Positions 7,663 through 17,330 of a stretch of 64,000 nucleotides of DNA are shown here, piece after piece. The stretch comes from a virus (lineage: Duplodnaviria > Heunggongvirae > Uroviricota > Caudoviricetes), in the IMG/VR virus record IMGVR_UViG_3300034355_001008; one strand, given 5' to 3'. A model generated the notes under the pieces. The model had not been told where the DNA came from. It was given only the letters and a program-made list of their open reading frames with translations, and did no database searches. How positions within the stretch are numbered: position 1 is the stretch's first letter; each line of letters starts with the position of its first letter. Made by a program: the position numbers and the translations under genes.

Positions 7663-7743
7663 ATAGTTTTGCGAGAATGGTTCTCGTAGAAAAATGACCT
7701 GCTTCGGGGGTCGAAATTAAATCTTGCTTTTAAGGAGAAAAAT

Positions 7744-8172
7744 ATGTACGCTAAAGACTTAACTACTTTTAGAACAATTCATAATTCAGCATTAATTGGT
7801 TTTGACGAATTATTTCGTAGAATCACTGAATTGGAAAAGCCTCAAACTGGTTTTCCTCCATATGATATTATCAAACAGTCTGAAGAGAAGTTTGTTATCA
7901 AAATGGCAGTTGCTGGATATACAAAAGATCAAATCTCAGTTACTTTAGATACAGGTAAACTTGTTGTTACAGGTAAAATTAAACCAGATGAATCTAAAAA
8001 AGATTCGGAATTCTTATATAAAGGAATTGCTGAAAGAGATTTTACTAGAACATTTACCATAGCTGATACAGTTGAAGTCGATAAAGTATCATTATCCGAT
8101 GGTATGTTATATGTATCGCTAAGAAATGTAATACCAGATAATAAAAAGCCTAAAATATTTCAAATAGAATAA
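7744..8172 (+). CDS. small heat-shock protein, Hsp20/alpha-crystallin family
   Basis: 142 aa. Y..D…KFVIKMAVAGYTKDQISVTLDTGKLVVTGK…FTRTFTIADTVEVDKVSLSDGMLYVSL matches the alpha-crystallin-domain layout of IbpA/Hsp20. Confidence 0.8.
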   Translation: MYAKDLTTFRTIHNSALIGFDELFRRITELEKPQTGFPPYDIIKQSEEKFVIKMAVAGYTKDQISVTLDTGKLVVTGKIKPDESKKDSEFLYKGIAERDFTRTFTIADTVEVDKVSLSDGMLYVSLRNVIPDNKKPKIFQIE

Positions 8173-8190
8173 TTAGGTTTTATAACTATA

Positions 8191-8224
8191 GGGGCAATCA
8201 GAAATGGTTGCCCCTTTTTTTTTT
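8191..8224 (+). terminator. rho-independent terminator (GGGGCAA…TTGCCCC + T10)
   Basis: 7-bp perfect stem followed by ten T residues. Confidence 0.8.
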
Positions 8225-8226
8225 GC

Positions 8227-8255
8227 TTGACAAAAAACAACTTATATAGTATAAT
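8227..8255 (+). promoter_or_regulatory. consensus sigma70 early promoter (TTGACA-17-TATAAT)
   Basis: ttgaca at 8227-8232, 17-nt spacer, tataat at 8250-8255. Lies 30 nt upstream of the 8285 ORF. Confidence 0.65.
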
Positions 8256-8284
8256 ATTATTATAGTTTAAATGTAGGAGGTATT

Positions 8285-8557
8285 ATGTCTTATAGCCGTT
8301 GGTCTTGTTCAGATTGGTATGCATTTCATACAACTGAATCCGGTGAAACAAAAGAAACTCAAAAGTTAGCTTTATGGTATGCTGGAGCTGACGAAAATCC
8401 AATTTATACATATGAAGAATTAAAAACAATTACTCCCGAGATAATTAGATCAAGGTGCGATATGGAAATTAGCGAAAGTAATATGGAAGAAGCACTTTAT
8501 ATTATAAAGCAATTTATATTTGATATTGATGATGAATTTAATCCTGATAAAAAATGA
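8285..8557 (+). CDS. hypothetical protein
   Basis: 90-aa ORF downstream of a consensus promoter, good RBS (GGAGG). Overlaps the next gene by 4 nt. Confidence 0.5.
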   Translation: MSYSRWSCSDWYAFHTTESGETKETQKLALWYAGADENPIYTYEELKTITPEIIRSRCDMEISESNMEEALYIIKQFIFDIDDEFNPDKK

Positions 8558-9066
8558 AAGAAAAATTTGTTAAATACTTTATGGATGTCGCCGAGAGAAC
8601 TGCTCAGTTGTCCTATGCGACTCGTTTACAAGTTGGTACGGTCATAGTAAAGAATAATCGTATCATTAGCTGTGGGTACAATGGAATGCCTGCAGGGTGG
8701 ACGCCTAATGATTGTGAATATCCAGTTTCTATTGATAATGTTGAATTTTCAAAATTACCTATTGACGAACAAGCTAGATTCACGTATAATTCCAATAAAA
8801 ATGCATGGGAAGGGTTAAAAACTTATGATGAGTTAATTCATTCTGAGGCAAATGCAATTAGTCAACTAGCGCGTTCAACAGAATCTGGTATAGATGCAAC
8901 AATTATTTGTACTCATAGCCCTTGTTTACAGTGTGCAAAAATTATATACAGTTCTGGTATAAAAACATTATATTATAAAAACGAATATCGTTCATCCGCA
9001 GGTATTCGTTTTCTTGAAAAATGCGGTGTTAAAATCTATAAAATTGAGGAAGAAAATGACAGTTAA
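8554..9066 (+). CDS. cd: dCMP deaminase
   Basis: HSEANAI zinc-binding motif and PCLQCAK (PCxxC), 170 aa, collinear with T4 Cd. Confidence 0.85.
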   Translation: MKEKFVKYFMDVAERTAQLSYATRLQVGTVIVKNNRIISCGYNGMPAGWTPNDCEYPVSIDNVEFSKLPIDEQARFTYNSNKNAWEGLKTYDELIHSEANAISQLARSTESGIDATIICTHSPCLQCAKIIYSSGIKTLYYKNEYRSSAGIRFLEKCGVKIYKIEEENDS

Positions 9067-9379
9067 ACAATTTAAATTATTGTCTGGCGAAACAGTTTTA
9101 GGTACATATCTTGGTCCATGTGAAACGCGACCTGAGTGTGATTTGTTCGAGGATACAATTCAATTAGTTATTGCTGATTCGCTGGAAAACCCAAAAGAAC
9201 AATCAGTAGGATTTGCTCCTTTTCCAGAATATAATAACCCGAAAAATAAAAATAAGATTGAAATTAATAAAAATCTAGTTGTATTTTATATTGAACCAGA
9301 CGAACAATTTGTTGAACAATATAATAAAATTTTTGGTAAAATCTTAACTGCGCCACAAAAAATCTTTACAGGAAAATAA
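9056..9379 (+). CDS. hypothetical protein (probable start at ATG 9056 with GAGGAAG RBS; longer ORF from 9014 overlaps cd)
   Basis: ORF continuous to 9379; internal Met with a good RBS preferred. Confidence 0.4.
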   Translation: MTVKQFKLLSGETVLGTYLGPCETRPECDLFEDTIQLVIADSLENPKEQSVGFAPFPEYNNPKNKNKIEINKNLVVFYIEPDEQFVEQYNKIFGKILTAPQKIFTGK

Positions 9380-11896
9380 ATGTCAAAATTCTACACTGAC
9401 GTATCTATATTAGGGAATAGTATTTTATATAAAGGGATTGAGGATGGTAAGCGAGTTCAGTTTAAATATGAATATTCGCCTAAAGTTTATGTTAAATCAA
9501 ATAAACAAAGTGATTGGAAAAATCTTTTCGGTCAATATGTTGAAGAAATCCAACCTGGAGATATTAAAGAAACTCGCGATTTTATTAAAAGATACGAAGA
9601 TGTAGATAATTTTGAAATTTATGGTGATATCGGTTTCGATGTTCAATTTATCTCTGATCAATTTCCAAAAGTTATTGATTGGGATATAGAATTCATTAAT
9701 TCTTATGTATTGGATATCGAAACTTCAACTGAAAATTCCGGTTTTCCTTCGCCTGATGTTGCAGCAGAGGAAGTTCTTCTTATTACCATGAAAAACATGA
9801 AAACAAAACGCAGTACAACTTTTATGTCTAGAGAATATACTGGAGATAAAAAAGAAAACTGTGAGTTTATTTTGTGTGATGATGAGTATTCTTTATTAAA
9901 TCGTTTTGTTGATTTCTGGAAACGTAGTGATATCGATATTATTACAGGTTGGAACGTAGAAGGGTTCGATATAAAATATCTGGTTAATCGTATTACAAAA
10001 ATAGTTAGCGAAGATAGAGTTCGCGAATTAAGTCCATGGAACCGTATTAAAGAACGTAAAACAAAGGATGATTTTGGTAAACCAACAACTTTATTTGAAA
10101 TTGTCGGAGTTAACGTCATTGATTTTAGAGATCTTTATAAAAAATACGGTCAGAAAAAGCCAGAAAACTTGCGCCTAGAAACAGTTGCTCAACTAGTATT
10201 AGGTCATGGTAAATTAGACCATAGTGAATTTGATACATTTAAAGATTTCTATACCAATGGTTGGAATAAGTTTGTTGACTATAACATTATCGACTGTGAT
10301 AGAGTTGATGAGTTAGAAGATACAGAAAAACTTATTGATTTATGTTTAACTATGAGTTATCTGGCTAAGATTAATTATGGTGATATTTATAGTCAGATTA
10401 GAATGTGGGATGCAATTATTTTTAATCATTTAAAAGCCAATAAAATAGTAATTCCGCCTAGATCTAAAAATAGTAAAAGCGAACAGTTTGAAGGTGCATA
10501 CGTTCGCGAACCAGTTCCTGGATTTTATCGCGATATTGCTAGTTTCGATGCCACTAGTTTGTATCCAAGTATTTTACAAACATGGAATATTTCGTTGGAA
10601 ACTTTTACTGGTATGTTTGATGGTAATATTACAACTAAAGGTTTATTAGATAAAGAATATACTTTTCCAGAAGAATATGCTGTTGCAGCTAATGGAGCTA
10701 TGTATCGTAAAGATAAAGTTGGTATGATTCCTGAGTTGATTGACGTTTATATGAAAAAACGTAAAGAAGCAAAATCAACAATGTTAAAATATGAATCTGA
10801 GTTAGAAGCCTTAAAATCTAATAAAGATTATGATAAAAAAGAATACAAACGAATTTCAAATTTAATTTCCAAGTTTAATAATGAGCAGATGGCATTTAAA
10901 ATTGCTATGAACAGTTTGTATGGAGCTTTGGGTAATGCGTTTTTTAGATATTACACCTTAGAAAATGCTAGAGCTGTAACTTTATCTGGTCAATACATTA
11001 TTATTTCCGTTGGTGAATTTGTTAAATTAAAATTAGATAAAATGTTTAAAGCTGATTATCCATGGGTAATTTATCAAGATACAGATTCAATTTATCTTTC
11101 GTTAGAACCTATTGTTAATAAATTTTATTCTGATAAAGAATTTAAAGAAATTGTTCCTGTTTTAAGTAAAATTTGTAAAGAAAAGATTGATCCAATTATT
11201 AATGAATGTTGTGATGATTTGCAAGCCTATACTCATGTAAAACGTAACTGTATTTCATTTAAACTTGAGGGTATTAGTTCTAATGGTTTTTGGACTGGTA
11301 AAAAACGATATGCATTAAATGTGTATGAAAATGAAGGTGTTGTTTATAACGAACCTAAGATAAAAATTATGGGTCTTGAAGTTGTTAAATCTTCAACTCC
11401 ATTAGTTATTCGCGATAAACTTCGTAGTTCAGTTGGTTTGATTTTAAACGGAACTGAAGGTGATATTCAAGATTTTGTAGCTGCGGTTAAATCTAAGTTT
11501 AAAAATTATTCTGTTGAAGAGATTGCGTTTCCTCGTGGAGTAAATGGTATTGAAAAGTATTCTGATTCAGAAACGATTTATGGTAATAAATGCCCGATTC
11601 ATACTAAAGGATCGATACTATATAACAATAAACTTCGTGAAATGGGTCTTCAGAATAGATATGAAATGATTGGTGAAGGTGCGCATATTAAATTTTGTTA
11701 TTTAAAATTACCTAATCCATTAAAACATGAAGTAATTTCATTTCCAGTTTCAATTCCACCTGAGTTTGATTTAGAACAATATGTAGATTACGATAAACAG
11801 TATGAAAAAACTTTCTTGGATCCATTAAATGGTATGTTACAAGCCGTTGGTTGGTCGCATGAAAGAAGAAATTGTATTGATGACTTTTTTGCTTAA
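9380..11896 (+). CDS. 43: DNA polymerase gp43 (family B, with 3'-5' exonuclease)
   Basis: 838 aa. Exo I motif DIETS, YGDTDS-like polymerase motif YQDTDSIY, K…NSLYGALG motif. Confidence 0.9.
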   Translation: MSKFYTDVSILGNSILYKGIEDGKRVQFKYEYSPKVYVKSNKQSDWKNLFGQYVEEIQPGDIKETRDFIKRYEDVDNFEIYGDIGFDVQFISDQFPKVIDWDIEFINSYVLDIETSTENSGFPSPDVAAEEVLLITMKNMKTKRSTTFMSREYTGDKKENCEFILCDDEYSLLNRFVDFWKRSDIDIITGWNVEGFDIKYLVNRITKIVSEDRVRELSPWNRIKERKTKDDFGKPTTLFEIVGVNVIDFRDLYKKYGQKKPENLRLETVAQLVLGHGKLDHSEFDTFKDFYTNGWNKFVDYNIIDCDRVDELEDTEKLIDLCLTMSYLAKINYGDIYSQIRMWDAIIFNHLKANKIVIPPRSKNSKSEQFEGAYVREPVPGFYRDIASFDATSLYPSILQTWNISLETFTGMFDGNITTKGLLDKEYTFPEEYAVAANGAMYRKDKVGMIPELIDVYMKKRKEAKSTMLKYESELEALKSNKDYDKKEYKRISNLISKFNNEQMAFKIAMNSLYGALGNAFFRYYTLENARAVTLSGQYIIISVGEFVKLKLDKMFKADYPWVIYQDTDSIYLSLEPIVNKFYSDKEFKEIVPVLSKICKEKIDPIINECCDDLQAYTHVKRNCISFKLEGISSNGFWTGKKRYALNVYENEGVVYNEPKIKIMGLEVVKSSTPLVIRDKLRSSVGLILNGTEGDIQDFVAAVKSKFKNYSVEEIAFPRGVNGIEKYSDSETIYGNKCPIHTKGSILYNNKLREMGLQNRYEMIGEGAHIKFCYLKLPNPLKHEVISFPVSIPPEFDLEQYVDYDKQYEKTFLDPLNGMLQAVGWSHERRNCIDDFFA

Positions 11897-11909
11897 AGGA
11901 AAATAAAAT

Positions 11910-12992
11910 ATGAGTTTGTTAGATAAAATTAAAAAGAATAGTACAATTAAAGAAACTTCGGTTCTTTCTAAATCAAAATTCTTTGTTGATAAAGATATGA
12001 TTCAAACGCCAATTCCAATTATTAACGTGGCGTTATCAGGATCTTTAGATGGTGGGTTTACTCCTGGATTTACAATGTGGGCTGGTCCAAGTAAACATTT
12101 TAAAACTGCATTTAGTTTATTAATGGCTAAATCGTATATGGATAAATATCCAGAATCAGTTTTGTTATTTTATGATTCAGAGTTTGGTACGCCGCAATCA
12201 TATTTCCAATCTTTTGGTATTGATATGGATAGAGTGATCCACACTCCTCTTAAAAACGTCGAAGAATTGAAGTTTGATATAATGAATCAGATTGATAATA
12301 TTGTCCGTGGAGATCGAATTCTTATCCTTATAGACTCTATTGGTAATTTGGCTAGTAAGAAAGAAGTTGATGATGCCTTAGATGGTAAATCAACAGCTGA
12401 TATGACTAGAGCTAAACAGTTAAAATCTTTGTTTAGAATGATTACACCTCATTTAATGTTAAAAGATATTCCATTGGTAGCTGTTAATCATACCTATAAA
12501 ACTATGGAACTTTATGCAAAAGATGTTGTTGGTGGCGGTACTGGTTCATATTATGCAGCTGATAACATTTATATTTTAGGTCGTCAGCAAGAAAAAGAAG
12601 GAACTGAAGTAATTGGATATAACTTTATTATTAACGTTGAGAAATCTCGATATACCAAAGAGAAATCTAAAATTCCAGTTTGCGTAAGTTTTAAAGGTGG
12701 TATTAGTAAATGGTCTGGTTTAATTGATTTAGCATTAGAATCTGGTATCGTTATTAAACCGAGTAATGGTTGGTATCAAAAAGTTAATTTAGCAACTGGT
12801 GAACTTTTAGAGAAAAAATATCGATTAAAAGAAACTGAATCTGCTGAATTTTGGGATCCTATTTTGGAAAGCACTCAATTTAAAGCATTTATTGAAAGTA
12901 AATATAAAGTATCTCATGGAGATATTTTTGGTAATGATATTGATGAAGATATTGATGCTGTATTTGCTGATGAGGAATTGGAAGATGCATAG
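11910..12992 (+). CDS. uvsX: UvsX recombinase (RecA-like)
   Basis: Collinear with T4 UvsX: KFF…IPIINVALSG, Walker A AGPSKHFKT, LFYDSEFG, ILILIDSIGNLASKKE, TRAKQLKSLFRMITP, AVNHTYKT. Confidence 0.9.
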   Translation: MSLLDKIKKNSTIKETSVLSKSKFFVDKDMIQTPIPIINVALSGSLDGGFTPGFTMWAGPSKHFKTAFSLLMAKSYMDKYPESVLLFYDSEFGTPQSYFQSFGIDMDRVIHTPLKNVEELKFDIMNQIDNIVRGDRILILIDSIGNLASKKEVDDALDGKSTADMTRAKQLKSLFRMITPHLMLKDIPLVAVNHTYKTMELYAKDVVGGGTGSYYAADNIYILGRQQEKEGTEVIGYNFIINVEKSRYTKEKSKIPVCVSFKGGISKWSGLIDLALESGIVIKPSNGWYQKVNLATGELLEKKYRLKETESAEFWDPILESTQFKAFIESKYKVSHGDIFGNDIDEDIDAVFADEELEDA

Positions 12993-13188
12993 ATTAACTA
13001 GAATTGATATTAATGATATTTTTTATGTAACGCTTATTATTAGTTTTCTTTGTTGGACAATAGCATCTTGGTTTACTCATATTATAGTTTGTATTAACAA
13101 TAAAGAATGGTTATTTTTAATTGCCGGAGCCATTATGGCTCCAATTGCGTGGGTTCATGGAACTGGCGTTTGGTTTAATTTCTGGTAG
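12985..13188 (+). CDS. small membrane protein (2 TM helices), hypothetical
   Basis: Internal ATG at 12985 overlaps the uvsX stop. Hydrophobic segments FYVTLIISFLCWTIASWF and LFLIAGAIMAPIAWV. Confidence 0.35.
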   Translation: MHRLTRIDINDIFYVTLIISFLCWTIASWFTHIIVCINNKEWLFLIAGAIMAPIAWVHGTGVWFNFW

Positions 13189-13197
13189 GAGAAAAAA

Positions 13198-13536
13198 ATG
13201 GTTGACGAAAGAACCGTTGTAGAGTATAATTTCATTGAGGTCAATGGAGCAAATGGATTAAAATTAGAATCCGGTGAATTTGACGGGGTTATCGTAACAT
13301 TAAGCGATCTTAGTGTTCAAGATGATGGTACAGATAATCCAGATGGATCTGCTGTGTTAAGTTTTAATTATGATGTCGTTTATGACGCCGAAAAACCAAA
13401 AGAATTATTTGAAACTATAGATTTTAAAAATACTATAGGTGATATATTAATGAAAATTCTTACTGACAGTATTAAAGAAGCAGGAGAAAATATTGAATCT
13501 GAATACGCTGATTTTGAAGAACCTTCATTACTCTGA
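13198..13536 (+). CDS. acidic hypothetical protein
   Basis: 112-aa ORF, very acidic, with RBS GGAGAA. Overlaps the gp41 ORF by 44 nt. Confidence 0.45.
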   Translation: MVDERTVVEYNFIEVNGANGLKLESGEFDGVIVTLSDLSVQDDGTDNPDGSAVLSFNYDVVYDAEKPKELFETIDFKNTIGDILMKILTDSIKEAGENIESEYADFEEPSLL

Positions 13537-14890
13537 AGAATTTACGAGAAAAGTATTACCTTTTTTAAGGGCAGATTATTTTAATGATAGAAATGAACGA
13601 ACAATTTTTAACGAGATTAGTTCGTTCATTACAAATTATGGAAATATTCCAACATATGAAGCTCTTATTATTCAGTTAAATGAAAAAGCAGTTTCCGAAG
13701 AAGAACATAAAGAAACTCTTACATTATTAAATGAATTGCATGAAGCTAAATCTGAAACTGTAGATTTAGAATGGTTAGTTGATAAAACGGAAACTTTTTG
13801 TCAAGACCAAGCAATCTTTAATGCTGTTAGAGAATCTATTACAATTCTTGATGGAAAACATAAAGATTTATCTAAGGGAAGTATTCCTACATTATTATCT
13901 GAAGCATTATCAATATCATTTGATTCAAGCGTTGGTCACGACTATTTGGGTGATGCCGATAGTCGTTATGAATATTATCATAGAACTGAGGAAAAAGTTC
14001 CTTTTAGTTTAAATTATTTTAATTTAATAACAAATGGCGGCTTACCGAAGAAAACTCTAAATGTTATCTTAGCTCCACCCCATGGCGGCAAAAGTTTAAT
14101 GATGTGTAATTTCGCAGCTGATTTTCAGTTATCAGGTAAAAATGTTTTATACATAACTTGTGAAATGGCTGAAGAAGAAATCGCAAAACGTATTGATGCT
14201 AATTTGCTTAGAATATCTATGGATGATTTAATGCAATTGGATAAATCTTCTTTTGATAAAAAGATTAATTATGTTAAATCAAAAACGATTGGTAAGTTAT
14301 TTGTCAAAGAATACCCAACAGCTGCAGCTAATGTAAATCATTTTAGAACTTTATTAAATGAATTGCGTTTAAAAAAGAATTTCGTTCCAGATGTAGTTTT
14401 TATTGATTATTTAAATATTTGTGCTAGTTCTAGAATGAAGATGTCTGGTAGTATCAACACTTATACATATATTCAAGCTATTGCGCAAGAATTGCGGGGC
14501 TTCGCTCAAGAGTTTAGTATTCCTGTAGTAACAGCAACTCAGACAACTAGAAGCGGATCTCAAAGTAGTGATGTTGATATGAGTGATGTATCTGAATCAT
14601 TTGGTGTTCCTGCTATTGCTGATTTTATGTGTGCAATTATTAACAGCGAAGAACTATATGATTTAAATCAAATAATGATTAAACAATTAAAAAATCGATA
14701 TAGAGATTTAAATTTAAATAAACGTTTTGTTGTTGGCGTTGATAGAGCTAAGATGAAATTATTTGATGTTGAACAATCAGCGCAGGAAGGTATTACTGAT
14801 GCTGGAAGCATGGATCCATCTGAGTCATATAAATCTATGCAAAAACAAAATAAATTTGAAAAGAAATCATTTGATGGGTTTAAAGTATAA
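13493..14890 (+). CDS. 41: replicative DNA helicase gp41 (DnaB-like); apparent TTG start
   Basis: Walker A LAPPHGGKSL, ITCEMAEEEIAKRIDAN, FVPDVVFIDYLNIC. Collinear with T4 gp41 from residue ~4 (ILKNLHY vs ILSHLIF). No in-frame ATG near the start, so TTG 13493 is used. Confidence 0.85.
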   Translation: MNLNTLILKNLHYSEEFTRKVLPFLRADYFNDRNERTIFNEISSFITNYGNIPTYEALIIQLNEKAVSEEEHKETLTLLNELHEAKSETVDLEWLVDKTETFCQDQAIFNAVRESITILDGKHKDLSKGSIPTLLSEALSISFDSSVGHDYLGDADSRYEYYHRTEEKVPFSLNYFNLITNGGLPKKTLNVILAPPHGGKSLMMCNFAADFQLSGKNVLYITCEMAEEEIAKRIDANLLRISMDDLMQLDKSSFDKKINYVKSKTIGKLFVKEYPTAAANVNHFRTLLNELRLKKNFVPDVVFIDYLNICASSRMKMSGSINTYTYIQAIAQELRGFAQEFSIPVVTATQTTRSGSQSSDVDMSDVSESFGVPAIADFMCAIINSEELYDLNQIMIKQLKNRYRDLNLNKRFVVGVDRAKMKLFDVEQSAQEGITDAGSMDPSESYKSMQKQNKFEKKSFDGFKV

Positions 14891-15603
14891 TGAAAAGCGC
14901 GATAGTAATAATTCCTACAACAGGAGCTGACACTCTTATACAAGCAGTAGAGAGTATTTCTAAACAAACATACAAGGACGTTACTGCTCTTATTGTAGTT
15001 GATGGAAAAGAATTTGCTTCTAAAGTAAGAAAGATGTTTTTTGGTAGAGGTTTTGGTATTCCTATTCAACTAGTTTATCTAGAAGAAAACGTTGGTGCTG
15101 GTGGTTTTTATGGCCAACGAATTTATGCCTCTTTTTCTCATCTAGTAAACAAAGATTATTTGTTTTTCTTAGATCAAGATAATTGGTATGAACCTACTCA
15201 TATTGAATCTATGATTTCAACTATTGAATCAACTGGATCTCAATGGGCATATAGTTTGCGTAATATATATTCTCCTGCTGGAGAGTATTTGTTGCAAGAT
15301 AATTGCGAAAGTTTAGGAAAATGGTCTGCTTGGACTAATACAAATATGGTTGATACTAATTGTTATTGTATTCCAAAAGAAATTGCTATTAAAATTGCTT
15401 CATTCTGGCATTCCGGTTGGGGTGAAGATAGAGTAATTTTTAATGTATTGCATAATAATTTTAATAATTATGAATGTTCTGGTGAATATACAATTAATTA
15501 TCGATTGGGCGGTAACGAGGGTTCTGTGACAAAAGAATTTTTTGAGCAGGGTAATAAAATAATGAATGAAACATATAATGGGAAATATCCATGGAAGAAG
15601 TAA
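14890..15603 (+). CDS. glycosyltransferase family 2 (GT-A, DxD)
   Basis: AIVIIPTTG…ALIVVDGKE and FLDQD (DxD). Start overlaps the gp41 stop (TAATG). Confidence 0.6.
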   Translation: MKSAIVIIPTTGADTLIQAVESISKQTYKDVTALIVVDGKEFASKVRKMFFGRGFGIPIQLVYLEENVGAGGFYGQRIYASFSHLVNKDYLFFLDQDNWYEPTHIESMISTIESTGSQWAYSLRNIYSPAGEYLLQDNCESLGKWSAWTNTNMVDTNCYCIPKEIAIKIASFWHSGWGEDRVIFNVLHNNFNNYECSGEYTINYRLGGNEGSVTKEFFEQGNKIMNETYNGKYPWKK

Positions 15604-16283
15604 CTGTAGAATTAAGATGTATGTATTGGCAAAATGGTGAATATTTAATTGAATCGCATAAAAAAGTAACTGAACATTTAGGGTTACAGGTTCAATATGA
15701 TTTAACAACAATTCCTCATGGTCAATGGATGAATGAGGTTTTAGAAAATAGCACAGCTGACGTTGTTGGTTTTTTTGATAATGATTGCGTTCCCTTAAAT
15801 GCAGGTATTGTAGAATATGCTATTGCATATGCAACTGCAACAAAATCATTTATTGGAACAGCTCAAGCATCAAATCATATTGCTCCAAGAGCGCATATTT
15901 TTGCTGCTCCGTGCTTTTTCTTTATATATAGAGATACTTGGGTTAAAATGGGTAAACCATCTTTCTTAGAAAATTCAAGAAGCGATGTTGCTGAAGAAGT
16001 TTCATACGTTGCTGAAGATTTTATGGTTCCATATAAAGCATTGTATCCAACAAATTTTGAGCGTGAGCCGGTTGAAGGTGTTTGGAGATTGGGTAATTTT
16101 GGATATTACGGTATTGGAACAGTATTTGCTAATTCTGTATATCATTTATTTCAGGGAAGATATAAACAAAACGCTGACTTATTTAAATTAAGATGCGATG
16201 AAATAGTAGATGGAACGTTTTCTACTAATGGTATGTTTAATTCTATTGAAGTTTATTCTGGAAAAATTTGTAATTATTCGTAA
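15591..16283 (+). CDS. hypothetical protein, possible glycosyltransferase-like (DND motif)
   Basis: VVGFFDNDCVPLNAG resembles a GT-A DxD loop. Weak. Confidence 0.35.
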   Translation: MEEVTVELRCMYWQNGEYLIESHKKVTEHLGLQVQYDLTTIPHGQWMNEVLENSTADVVGFFDNDCVPLNAGIVEYAIAYATATKSFIGTAQASNHIAPRAHIFAAPCFFFIYRDTWVKMGKPSFLENSRSDVAEEVSYVAEDFMVPYKALYPTNFEREPVEGVWRLGNFGYYGIGTVFANSVYHLFQGRYKQNADLFKLRCDEIVDGTFSTNGMFNSIEVYSGKICNYS

Positions 16284-16298
16284 TTTGGGGGTTTTAAA

Positions 16299-17330
16299 AT
16301 GGCAAAAAGAGTATTAATAACAGGCGGAGCAGGTTTTATTGCACATCATGTTCTATATCATTTCCTAACAAATACTGACTGGGAAATTGTTACGTTAGAC
16401 AGATTAGATTTATCTGGTAATTTAAATAGATTAGCTGACGTTATTGCTAGAAATCCGGAATTTAAAAGTAGAATTAAATTCGTATTTCATGATTTAAAAG
16501 CTGAAATTTCAACATTAACACAGAATTTTATTGGTGAAATAAATTATATCCTACATTTAGCTGCAGGAAGTCATGTAGATCGATCTATTGAATTTCCTAT
16601 GGAATTTGTAATGGATAATGTTGTTGGTACTACAAATATCCTAGAGTTCGCTAGAAAACATAAAAGTTTAGAAAGATTTATCTATTTTTCTACTGATGAA
16701 ATTTTTGGTGTCGCCCCAGAGGGCGTTGATTATAAAGAACGCGATAGATATAATTCAACAAATCCATATTCAGCTTCTAAAGCTGCAGGCGAAGAATTGT
16801 GTGTAGCATATGAAAATACTTATGGAACTCCGATCTTTGTTACTCACACAATGAATGTGTTTGGTGAGCGTCAACATCCAGAAAAGTTTATTCCATTATG
16901 TATCCGTAGAGCTAGAGATGGAGATACAGTTTTTATTCATTCTAATGCTGATAAAACTCAAGCTGGTAGCCGCCATTATATTCATGCTAGTGATGTTGCT
17001 GATGCTATGTTATTCTTATTAAATTTAGATAATCCTTCTATCTACGAACCTGATTATGGTAATGCTAAATGCCCTAAATTTAATGTTGTTGGTAAAGAAG
17101 AAATTGATAATTTATCTTTAGCCAAAATGATTGCTGCTGCAGCGGGAAAAGAATTAAATTATGAAATGATTGATTTCCATACTTCTAGACCTGGACACGA
17201 TTTACGTTATGCTTTATCTGGTGAATATATGAAATCTCTAGGTTGGGAACCAAAAGTATCTCTTCAAGAACGTATTTCAGAAGTCGTTCATTGGTCATTA
17301 GATAATCAAGAATGGATTGAGTTAGCCTAA
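16299..17330 (+). CDS. NAD-dependent sugar-nucleotide 4,6-dehydratase/epimerase (SDR family, RfbB-like)
   Basis: LITGGAGFIAHH Rossmann motif and YSASKAAGE (YxxxK catalytic motif). 343 aa. Confidence 0.7.
   Translation: MAKRVLITGGAGFIAHHVLYHFLTNTDWEIVTLDRLDLSGNLNRLADVIARNPEFKSRIKFVFHDLKAEISTLTQNFIGEINYILHLAAGSHVDRSIEFPMEFVMDNVVGTTNILEFARKHKSLERFIYFSTDEIFGVAPEGVDYKERDRYNSTNPYSASKAAGEELCVAYENTYGTPIFVTHTMNVFGERQHPEKFIPLCIRRARDGDTVFIHSNADKTQAGSRHYIHASDVADAMLFLLNLDNPSIYEPDYGNAKCPKFNVVGKEEIDNLSLAKMIAAAAGKELNYEMIDFHTSRPGHDLRYALSGEYMKSLGWEPKVSLQERISEVVHWSLDNQEWIELA

Noticed and set aside
7460-7666. 68-aa alternate-frame ORF inside the PAAR gene
   Set aside because: Same strand, different frame, produced by the GC-rich Gly/Ala codons. 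The PAAR frame has the recognisable repeats.
9703-10119. 138-aa - strand ORF inside the DNA polymerase gene
   Set aside because: Embedded antisense in a strongly supported 838-aa polymerase ORF.
12892-13188. Full 98-aa ORF starting at 12892 inside uvsX
   Set aside because: The first 31 codons overlap the uvsX C-terminus in another frame. Only the part from the internal ATG at 12985 (membrane peptide) is plausibly expressed.
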